The notes under the pieces: generated by a model | The model's database searches: none | Told to the model about the DNA's origin: nothing | Seen by the model: the letters and a program-made list of their open reading frames with translations, nothing else | Source: Vicinamibacterales bacterium | GTDB taxonomy: Bacteria > Acidobacteriota > Vicinamibacteria > Vicinamibacterales > JAMQPK01 | Assembly (NCBI GenBank): GCA_963732445.1 | Contig: CAVSZJ010000008.1 | Coordinates: forward strand, 192,746-256,745 | Length of the DNA stretch: 64,000 nucleotides | Reading direction: 5' to 3' | Part shown: in pieces, positions 23,738 to 31,983 of the stretch | How the letters are laid out: the number at the start of each line of letters is the position of its first letter | How positions within the stretch are numbered: position 1 is the stretch's first letter | Program-made: the position numbers and the translations under genes

Positions 23738-24112
23738 CTAGATCTTAGTTTCAGGATCTCTATGGACCGTGTCCATCGAGAACGCCGGCAGACAGACGGC
23801 CACGTACTCCGCGCCGTCCGGACCTGGCGAGCTGTAGCGCACCCACTCGCCGGGATGCGTCACGACGGCCTGACCGGCGGGCACGTCGATGACGCCGTTC
23901 TCGTGCTCGACCCGCACCATGCCGCGAAGCACGATCGTGATCTCTTCGAAGTCGGGGCGCTGCCCTGGCTCTTTCCATCCCGACGGCGACTGCATGCGCG
24001 CCACGCTCACGTTCGCATGGCCGGAATTGACGCGGCCCGCATATTCTTCGATGCGTTTCGGCGGATGTCCTGCGGCTTGAATCACGGACGGGGCGGCGAT
24101 GACGGTCGGCAT
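23738..24112 (-). CDS. cupin domain protein
   Basis: Intact 124-aa ORF; GWKEPGQRPDFEEITIVLRGMVRVEHENGVIDVPAGQAVVTHPGEWVRY. Confidence 0.7.
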   Translation of the reverse strand: MPTVIAAPSVIQAAGHPPKRIEEYAGRVNSGHANVSVARMQSPSGWKEPGQRPDFEEITIVLRGMVRVEHENGVIDVPAGQAVVTHPGEWVRYSSPGPDGAEYVAVCLPAFSMDTVHRDPETKI

Positions 24113-24137
24113 AGGGACCCGAAACTGAAACTGAATC

Positions 24138-24143
24138 TATAAT
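24138..24143 (+). promoter_or_regulatory. possible -10 box (TATAAT) 50 nt upstream of mgsA; no convincing -35
   Basis: Perfect hexamer in the A/T-rich 80-nt divergent spacer between the cupin gene and mgsA. Confidence 0.2.
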
Positions 24144-24192
24144 CTGGAATACTGATCAGATTCTAGGTAATCTACAGATTCGAGATCTCCAT

Positions 24193-24636
24193 ATGGCTTT
24201 CCGCTCGCTGATGACCGAGCGGCGCAAGCGGATCGCGCTGATCGCGCACGACAACATGAAGCCCGACATTCTCGAGTGGGCCACCTACAACCGCGGCACG
24301 CTCGGGCGGCACGAGCTGTTCGCGACAGGCACGACCGGCGGCATGATCGCGGCGGAGCTGGGGTTGACCGTGCACCGGTTCCGCAGCGGACCGCTCGGCG
24401 GCGATCAGCAGGTCGGCGCCGGCGTCGCCGAAGGGCGGATCGACTTCATCATTTTCTTCTGGGATCCGCTCGCGCCTCATCCGCACGACGTCGACGTCAA
24501 GGCGCTGCTGCGCGTGGCCGTCGTCTACAACGTGCCGATCGCGTGCAATCGTGCGACAGCCGATTTCCTGCTGTCGAGCCCGCTCATGGAGGAAGAGTAC
24601 GAGCGTCGCCTGCCGGATCTGGATGGACTGATGTGA
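24193..24636 (+). CDS. mgsA: methylglyoxal synthase
   Basis: RIALIAHDNMKPDILEW, LFATGTTGGMI, SGPLGGDQQVGA, IDFIIFFWDPL..HPHDVDVKALLRVAVVYNVPIACNRATAD. Confidence 0.9.
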   Translation: MAFRSLMTERRKRIALIAHDNMKPDILEWATYNRGTLGRHELFATGTTGGMIAAELGLTVHRFRSGPLGGDQQVGAGVAEGRIDFIIFFWDPLAPHPHDVDVKALLRVAVVYNVPIACNRATADFLLSSPLMEEEYERRLPDLDGLM

Positions 24637-24673
24637 CCCTTGAATCTGAAAGCTGAACAGCTGATAGCTGAAT

Positions 24674-25407
24674 CTACATCGAGCGAAGGGCGGGGATGAT
24701 GAGCGGCAGCCCGCCGACGAGCCAGACGATGGCCGCCGCGATTGCGGCCTTTGCGCAGCGGGATGCGCCCGGTGACGCACAGGCCGATCGCGACGAGCAC
24801 GGTAATCCAGATGGTGATCAGATCGACCCGGCCCACGAACGCGAGCAGCAGCGGCGACACCGTGTCGGGATCGAGAAACCGGCCGACGCCGAGCGACAGC
24901 CGGAAGCGGCCGTCGAGCTGCGAAGGATCGAGGAACAGCCCCTGCAGGCCCTGCAGCACGCCGTCGATGATGCGCGGCGCGTAGGCGTACGCGCCCACGA
25001 CGAGCGCGGCGCGGAACGTCTGCTTCGCGTCGACGAGCTTGCCGGTCAGCCACGTCGTGACGCCGACGCCGAAGATCGCGATCGGAAGGAAGACGAAGAT
25101 CATCACCTGCTGCATGCGCGATAGCGAAACCGCGCATGCGCTCGACGGCCTCGGCAGGGATGTTCGGGATTCTGGCGCCTCGCCATCGCCATCCCGCGAT
25201 CGAACTCGGCGTCGAACATCGGCTGCAGCGCGCCGCTGTTGAGATAGAAGAGCACGCCGCACATGATGGTGATGACCGCCAGCGGAATGAAGAAGTTGCC
25301 GTTCTCGCGGCGGCGGAAGACGGACAGACGGCGCGTAGAAGATGTCGATGAAGTCTTCCCAGATCGCCGCGCTGCGGAGCGGCGACCGGTGCTGCCTGCG
25401 TAGCCAT
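24674..25407 (-). CDS. Yip1-domain membrane protein, split over 6 frame pieces
   Basis: MATQAAPVA (GGGAGGG upstream), IWEDFIDIFYAPS, FFIPLAVITIMCGVLFY, MIFVFLPIAIFGVGVTTWL, LLLAFVGRVDLITIWITVLVAIGL. Confidence 0.55.
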
Positions 25408-25448
25408 CGATCCCTCCCGGCGAAACAGGGGCGGTGAGGGTGAATAGT

Positions 25449-25498
25449 TCGTGGTTCGGGGTTCGCGATATTGGTGGTTGGTGGTTGGCGATTGGTGG
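25449..25498. repeat. GGTGGTT-type simple repeat (..GTGGTTCGGGGTTCGCGATATTGGTGGTTGGTGGTTGGCGATTGGTGG)
   Basis: Read directly; spacer between the SWIB gene and the Yip1 gene. Confidence 0.7.
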
Positions 25499-25554
25499 AC
25501 AGGCGGACTCGCCCACGACCAATCACGAACCACCGACCGCTGCAAAGACCACTC

Positions 25555-25839
25555 TTACTTGAGGTGCTTGCTGACCAGCTTGGTCATCTCGAACATGCTG
25601 ACGGTCTTCTTGCCGGCGAATACCGGCTTGAGCTTCTCGTCGGCGTTGATGTTCCGACGGTTCTTCGCGTCCTGCAGGCCGTTCTTCTTGATGTAAGCCC
25701 AGAGCTTCTTGGTGACTTCGGTGCGCGGCATCGGCTTGTCGCCGATGACCTCGCCGAGTGCTGCGCTTGGCGTCATGGGCTTCATGAAAGCGGCGTTGGC
25801 TTTCCGTGCGGTCTTCTTCTTCGCTGTCTTGGCCATCAA
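25555..25839 (-). CDS. SWIB/MDM2 domain protein (small, basic N-terminus)
   Basis: KPMTPSAALGEVIGDKPMPRTEVTKKLWAYIKKNGLQD..NINADEKLKPVFAGKKTVSMFEMTKLVSKHL. Confidence 0.8.
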   Translation of the reverse strand: MMAKTAKKKTARKANAAFMKPMTPSAALGEVIGDKPMPRTEVTKKLWAYIKKNGLQDAKNRRNINADEKLKPVFAGKKTVSMFEMTKLVSKHLK

Positions 25840-26020
25840 ATCTCCTTATCAGTTTGTCGTGGGGCCGGCCGTCGACTGTGGACCGGCCTCTCGTCGGCCC
25901 ATAGTGTCGCATAGAATCGAACGATGTCGCCGGGAAAGAAGGCCTTTCCCGGTCCCACCGCAGATACGCAGGGACGCTAAGGCTTTTTCTTAAGAAAACG
26001 CTACGGTTGTTCGATGTACG

Positions 26021-26225
26021 CGTCCGCTTCGATTTCGATCAGCATCCGCGGATCGATCAAGCGCGGCACCTCGATCATCGCCGTCGCCGGAAGCGTGGCG
26101 GCGAAGAATTCTCCGTGCGCCCGCGCGGCCGAGCGCCCCGTCTATGTTCTTCAGCGTCTGCACCGCCTGCTGGAACGGATCGCCGATGCCGACGATCTCC
26201 CCATCGGCGCCAGTCGCCGTGGTGC
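26021..26225 (-). pseudogene. RidA/YjgF-family gene remnant (3' two-thirds, internal ~87-bp deletion), direct repeat of 29088..29379
   Basis: About 96% nucleotide identity by eye to the RidA gene at 29.1 kb. Encodes [33 protein letters not shown], then goes out of frame after the deletion. Confidence 0.7.
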
Positions 26226-26331
26226 GGGCAGCGCCGCCGACTGCCTGACGCCGCCGCAAAGTTGAAACCGTCAAGTCGCTCCTCTCACCGACGGCGCTGG
26301 ATTAGTTGCGCAACAACGCAGTTGCGGTGGT

Positions 26332-28977
26332 TTATTGCATGGCCGCGGTCCAATTCAGGACGACGTGGATGGGCTCTGGCTCGACGGCGTCGTTAACCGT
26401 GTTTATCAGAAATCGCTTGCCGTCCGGGAACACATCATAAGGGATGCCGACCAGCCTGGGCCGTGCCGCGAATAATAGACGCACGTCTCCAGGTCTGGCC
26501 GCGCCACCGGTGAGATCGATGGAAACGGCCATCAACCTGTTCGCAGGATCCAGGTAATACAGCTCCGATCCGTCGCCTTTCCAGCGCGGAAACGTACCGC
26601 CGCCCGCGGAGACGAGCCACTTTGCCCCTGTCGGTGGGAAAGGTGCGACGAATACTTCCTCTTTGCCCGACTCGTTCGTTTCATACGCAATCCATTTCCC
26701 GTCAGGTGAAAACTGGCCGTACGATTCCACTGCCGGTGTCGTGAGATACGCGACCACATTGCGATTCGATACCTCGAGGGTCCACAGATCCGCGGAAGTC
26801 TCCTGGGTGTTCGTCGTGAACAGGACAAAACGGCCATCCGGCGACCAGCTCCGAGGTGTGCCGGGGTTGACGACCAATTCCTCGACACCCGATCCATTGG
26901 ACGGTTTCTGATAGATCGCGAAGTTCGCCTCTCTCCGCCCACGGTACATGATATGGGTGGGATCTTTACCGGGCGACCAGATCGGGGTCTCATCGCTCGT
27001 CGGATCGAAGGAAAAGCGCGTTCGCCGGCTGGTCGCCAGGTCGAGTAGAAACACATCGCGAGTCCGCTGTCCTGGATCAATGGCGACCAGGGCCAGCCGC
27101 TTACCGTCGTCGGACAGCTCCACGTCGAAATAATTACCGGACTCGCCGTGAACCACGAGTTCTTTGCCCGCACGATCGAACGACACGAGGTTCGCAAACG
27201 CAGCGCCGCTCCTTACCGACAGGTAGATCACCGCGCCGGTGTGTGATGCCGAGTACACGCCGAATCCCGGCGTGAGCTCGGTCTGAATGTTCTCGGCAAT
27301 CGGCCGCGGCTCACCTGTGACTTCGAGGCGGTCTTCATCGAACCTCTGAGCCATCAGAGTTAGATCGCGCACGAACAGAAGGTAGCCCGCGCTGTACGCC
27401 ATGTGAGCGCTGTCGGCGCGCAGCACGAGTTTTCGTTCTGATGAGCCCAATGTTGCGACCCAGATCGGCACGTCAGCGACTTGGCCGACTCCGTACGACG
27501 AATAGAAAAACCGGCGCCCATCGGGAAGGAACGCCGGGCGCAAATGGCCGAGCTCGCCTTCCGCCAGGGATGTAACAGCCTCGGGAACACCGCCACCGGG
27601 GTCGATGCGCATGATCGGGCTCCTGTTGTTAGGGCTGAACAGAATCGAGTCTCTGCCCCATGCTCCGTTCCGATTGTCGGGTGCGCTCGCGAGCGTCGCC
27701 GACGGACCACCCGAGGCCGCAACCCGTTTGAGTTTGCCGTCGGCGAAGTACCCAAGATGTCGCCCGTCGGCGGACCAGAACGGCGAAGATGCACCGTCCG
27801 TTCCCGAAAGCACCGTTGCGCCGGTTGCGTCGAGCGGGCGAACCCACAAAGCGCTCTTTCCCTCGACGTTTCTGGCGACGAATGCGAGTCGAAGACCATC
27901 CGGCGAGATGGTGATGGGCAACCCCCCTCGGTTGTTCGTCCCCGCGTCGATCATCCAGGTCGCAGGCGGCCGCACGGAAAAGCGAACCGCCGCCCCAGGA
28001 GTTGGCGTTCGCACCGGTGCCCGGATATAAAAGCCGACCGCAGCTGCCGCCGCGAGCAGGACTGCCGCCGCTGGCAGGACGCGTCGAACTGATAACTGCG
28101 TAGGCGCAGGGGATGCGGCCACGACGTTGCGATCGAGCGCGATCCGAACCTCTCCGATGTCGCGCAGACGCATTCGCGCGTCCTTTTCGAGACATCGGCG
28201 CATTACGGTCACGACTCTCGCCGGAACGTATGCGGGAACGGAACGCCAGTCCGGCTCGTCGCGCAGAATGGATGCAATCAGCTGCGATACGTCCTCGCCG
28301 GTGAACGGTGGCTTTCCGGTCAGCATTTCGAAGAGCACGCAGCCGAATGCCCAGACATCGGCACGCTTGTCGACGGGCTTCCCCCTCGCCTGCTCCGGGC
28401 TCATGTAGGCAGCTGTCCCGAGGATGACCCCACCCATCGTCATTTCAGGAGAGATGACGGTCGGCGATTGCGAGAGCGCGGCGGAACTGATCCGCCCTCC
28501 ATCGAAATGCTCTATCGCTTTCGCCAGTCCAAAGTCGAGGACTTTTACCGTGCCATCCAGCGTCAGCTTGATGTTCGCCGGCTTCAGGTCGCGGTGAATG
28601 ATGCCGCGCTCGTGCGCTGCCTCCAGCGCCTCTGCGATCTGTCTGGCAATTGGCACGGCCTCGTCATGTTGCAGTCGGCCCTGCGCAATGCGATCGGCCA
28701 ACGTCGGGCCCTCAACAAGTTCCAACACGAGCGCGCGATCTTCCACGCCATAAATCTGGGCGATATTGGGGTGATTCAGCGCGGCGACCAATTCGGCCTC
28801 ACGCTGGAATCGCGCGAGGCGATCGGCATCGTTGGCGAATGTGGCGGGCAGAATCTTGATCGCGACCTCGCGCTTCAACCGCGTATCGCGGGCGCGGTAC
28901 ACCTCGCCCATGCCACCCGCACCGAGCATGGAGACGACTTCGTACGCGCCGAGACGAACGCCGGGCGGTAGTGGCAT
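26332..28977 (-). CDS. Ser/Thr protein kinase with C-terminal PD40/TolB-like beta-propeller region
   Basis: Uninterrupted 881 aa; [37 protein letters not shown]; later SPDG/WSADG/LPDG repeats typical of PD40 blades. Confidence 0.9.
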   Translation of the reverse strand: MPLPPGVRLGAYEVVSMLGAGGMGEVYRARDTRLKREVAIKILPATFANDADRLARFQREAELVAALNHPNIAQIYGVEDRALVLELVEGPTLADRIAQGRLQHDEAVPIARQIAEALEAAHERGIIHRDLKPANIKLTLDGTVKVLDFGLAKAIEHFDGGRISSAALSQSPTVISPEMTMGGVILGTAAYMSPEQARGKPVDKRADVWAFGCVLFEMLTGKPPFTGEDVSQLIASILRDEPDWRSVPAYVPARVVTVMRRCLEKDARMRLRDIGEVRIALDRNVVAASPAPTQLSVRRVLPAAAVLLAAAAAVGFYIRAPVRTPTPGAAVRFSVRPPATWMIDAGTNNRGGLPITISPDGLRLAFVARNVEGKSALWVRPLDATGATVLSGTDGASSPFWSADGRHLGYFADGKLKRVAASGGPSATLASAPDNRNGAWGRDSILFSPNNRSPIMRIDPGGGVPEAVTSLAEGELGHLRPAFLPDGRRFFYSSYGVGQVADVPIWVATLGSSERKLVLRADSAHMAYSAGYLLFVRDLTLMAQRFDEDRLEVTGEPRPIAENIQTELTPGFGVYSASHTGAVIYLSVRSGAAFANLVSFDRAGKELVVHGESGNYFDVELSDDGKRLALVAIDPGQRTRDVFLLDLATSRRTRFSFDPTSDETPIWSPGKDPTHIMYRGRREANFAIYQKPSNGSGVEELVVNPGTPRSWSPDGRFVLFTTNTQETSADLWTLEVSNRNVVAYLTTPAVESYGQFSPDGKWIAYETNESGKEEVFVAPFPPTGAKWLVSAGGGTFPRWKGDGSELYYLDPANRLMAVSIDLTGGAARPGDVRLLFAARPRLVGIPYDVFPDGKRFLINTVNDAVEPEPIHVVLNWTAAMQ

Positions 28978-29082
28978 TCAGAGAGTGCGGGGATTATAAC
29001 GTTCGGCGGGTTTGAACGCTCAGATTCTGCAACCCGCCTTCCGGTGAATGCTCGCCTTGGCAGATTGAATCTTCCAATGTAC

Positions 29083-29478
29083 TTACTCGATGTACGCGTC
29101 CGCTTCGATTTCGATCAGCATCTGCGGATCGATCAGGCGCGGCACCTCGATCATCGCCGTCGCCGGAAGCGTGGCGCCGAAGAATTCTCCGTGCGCCCGT
29201 CCGACCATCTCCCAGTTGGCGGCAATGTCGACGATATACATCCGCGTGCGCACGACATCCTTCATCGACGCGCCCGCGCGGCCGAGCGCCGCCGTCGATG
29301 TTCTTCAGCGTCTGCACCGCCTGCTGGTACGGATCGCCGATGCCGACGATCTCCCCGTCGGCGCCAGTCGCCGTCGTGCCCGACACCCAGACGTGCGGAC
29401 CAATGCGCACCGCGCGCGAGTAGCCGATGATCGGTTCCCATTTGCTGCCGGTCGAAATCGTTGTCTGTTCATCGTCAT
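29083..29478 (-). CDS. RidA/YjgF/L-PSP family protein, 3 frame breaks
   Basis: MTMNRQ (GAGGAA upstream), [97 protein letters not shown]. Confidence 0.8.
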
Positions 29479-29527
29479 TCCTCTGTCTCGCTCTTCGCTC
29501 ACGTTCTTCGATCCGTGATGTCGCTGC

Positions 29528-30033
29528 TCACCGAAAGTAGTAGATGATCGCCGCCGTCGGCCTCACGATCATCGTCGAGCCGCCACCGTTGCCGCGAAGA
29601 TCGATGGCCATCTCCAGCCGGCGGTAAAGCGGAAACTGGGCGCCAACCCCGATCTGCACCTGCAGCTCCGGGCTGTCGGCCTGCAGGAACGTGAGACCGC
29701 CGAGCATGTACGGCTGCAGCCCCTGGCTCGTCAGCAGCCGCACGACGCTGACACTGTAGAGCATCTCGCGCCGGCGTGGACCGCAGCACTCAGGATTCGA
29801 CGCGCGCATCCAGGTCTCGAATTCGACGGCCCAGAGCCGGGACAGAAATGTTCCGATCGATCCGCCGGCTCCCACCTCGGGTTTCGCTTCGCGCACCCGA
29901 TACGCGTTGCCGACCAGATTCGTGCCGCCTCGCACGGCGACGAACCCATCCCCCGCTCGTATGTCCCTGCGCATGCGCCAGATCGGCGCCGAAGACGCAA
30001 TAAGAGGATGAGGTAAACTTCTGGCCTTCTCAT
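29528..30033 (-). CDS. possible small outer-membrane beta-barrel protein; start uncertain
   Basis: 148-aa ORF ending ..MIVRPTAAIIYYFR with alternating hydrophobic pattern. A possible signal start MRRPEVYLILLL sits in another frame at 30033. Confidence 0.35.
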
Positions 30034-30057
30034 GTCATTCCAGAAGGACCTTTATAT

Positions 30058-31803
30058 ATGAAGCCCGCACGAGTCTTGCTATCGGCTGCCCTGCTGACAG
30101 CTGCATGTTTCGTCGGCCTTGGGGGCGGTCTCGGCGCGCAGGTGCAGCGTCAGGTGCGCAATCTCGGCATCGGCGATCGCGCGTTCCGCCCCGTGACCGA
30201 TGCGATGCTCGAAAAACCCGAGCCGGGCGAGTGGATCAACTGGCGACGCACCTACGACGGCACTGGCTACAGCCCACTCACACAAATCAACAAGCAGAAC
30301 GTCGGTCAGCTGACGCTCGCCTGGTCATGGGGAATGCCGGCGGGTCAGCATCAGCCGACCCCTCTCGTGCACGACGGCGTCATGTTTCTGCCGACGCCCG
30401 GGCGGCGGAGCGCAAGCGGTCGACGCGACCAACGGCGATTTTCTGTGGGAGTTCCGCGCGCCTGCACCGAAAGAGGGCAACGGCAACGTGCGGACCACGC
30501 CGACCCGCAACATCGCGATTTACGCCGACATGATCTATGTCACCACCGGCGACGCACGTCTCATCGCGCTCAACGCGCGGACGGGCGATGTCGTGTGGGA
30601 CACACAGGTGGTGGACCCCGAAGAGGGATACACGTACACGTCGGGCGCGCTCGCGGTCAAAGGCGTCATCATCACGTCGTTGACTGGCTGCCAGAGGTTC
30701 AAGAACGACACCTGCTACATCCTCGGCCACGACGCGCAGACCGGGCAAAGAGTTGTGGCGGACCTCGACAATCGCGCGGCCGGGTGAACCTGGCGGCGAC
30801 ACCTGGGACAACCAGCCGCTGATGTTCCGCGCCGGCGGCGATGGCTGGATGACGGGCAGCTACGATCCCGCAACCAACCTCGTCTACTGGGGTACGGCGC
30901 AGGCCAAGCCGTGGGCGCAGTTCCAGCGCGGCACGGCCGGCGACGCGCTCTACACGAACAGCACGCTCGCGCTCGATCCCGAGGACGGGAAAGATGGCGT
31001 GGTACTTCCAGCACATTCCGGGAGAAACCCATGACATGGACGAGGTCTTCGAGCGCGTGCTCGTGGACGTCGACGGCCGCGCGTCCTCATTCTCGATGGG
31101 CAAGCTGGCGATCCTCTGGCAGATCGACCGGAAGACCGGCAAATTCATCGCCGCCCACGATCCGGGATACCAGACGCTAATCGATGTCGATCCGAGGAGC
31201 GGCCGGGCCGCGTACCGCGCCGACACCATCCCGAAGGAAGGCGTGGAGTTTCGCTTCTGCCCGAGCACCGGGGGATTCAAGAGCCTGCGCTCGATGGCCT
31301 ACCACCCGGTAACCCGGGCGTTCTACATACCGCTGAACCTGACCTGCGAAGACGGTACGTTCGGTCCGGTCAAGCTGGTTGAAGGCGGCGGCGGCTCAGG
31401 CCCGGTGCGCCGCATCAACCTGATGCACCCGGAGAGCCCCGACGGCCTCGGCGAGCTGCTCGCCATGGACGTGAACGGCAAGATTCTCTGGCGGCACCGC
31501 ACCCGGACGCCGCCAAACACATCAGCGCTGACGATGGGCGATGGCCTTGTGCTTGAAGGATACTGGGATCGGTACTTCCGCATCCACGATGCGTCGACCG
31601 GAAAGATTCTGTACACGAGCCCGCGCATGCCTACGCTCGTCCAGGGATTTCCGATTACCTACGCCGTCAACGGCAAGCAGTACGTAGCCGTGCCTGTAGG
31701 CACCGGCGGCGGATCCTGGTCGAGCAGCATCGTGACGGACACGATTCCCGAGGCGCGCATTCCGCAGGCGACAAATTCAATGTTTGTGTTCGCGCTTCCT
31801 TAG
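30058..31803 (+). CDS. PQQ-dependent dehydrogenase (quinoprotein alcohol/sugar DH family), 3 frame breaks before 31.0 kb
   Basis: Signal MKPARVLLSAALLTAACFVG; INWRRTYDGTGYSPL; LTLAWSW; PLVHDGVMF; YVTTGDARLIALNARTGDVVW; YDPATNLVYWGT; MAWYFQHIPGETHDMD. Confidence 0.8.
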
Positions 31804-31983
31804 CCTGGGCTTCAACTTCTTGGATCCCATCCCCTCTGAAATTCCTTGAAGTTCCTACTTTCAGGGAGCATGATTGTGCTCTTAAATCCAGATCAGTAGC
31901 TTTCGATCTCAGCGGTTCCCCGACCGGCGGCGTACCCATGGGTCTCGGCTTTCATCCTTCGGAAGGTTTTCTTAGGAGGAGAC

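Noticed and set aside
25930-25952. Stem-loop CCGGGAAAG-aaggc-CTTTCCCGG as an intrinsic terminator
   Set aside because: The 9-bp stem is good, but no U-tract follows it on either strand. I kept it only as a remark under the SWIB finding.
31880-31925. TPP-riboswitch-like words (GGGGAACCGCTGAGA..CTGATCTGGAT on the minus strand) in the 180-nt A/T-richer leader upstream of the TBDR gene
   Set aside because: They are on the wrong strand for the TBDR gene, with no minus-strand gene downstream. The P4/P5 partner (CCAG..GCGTAGGGA) is absent, so this is probably chance.
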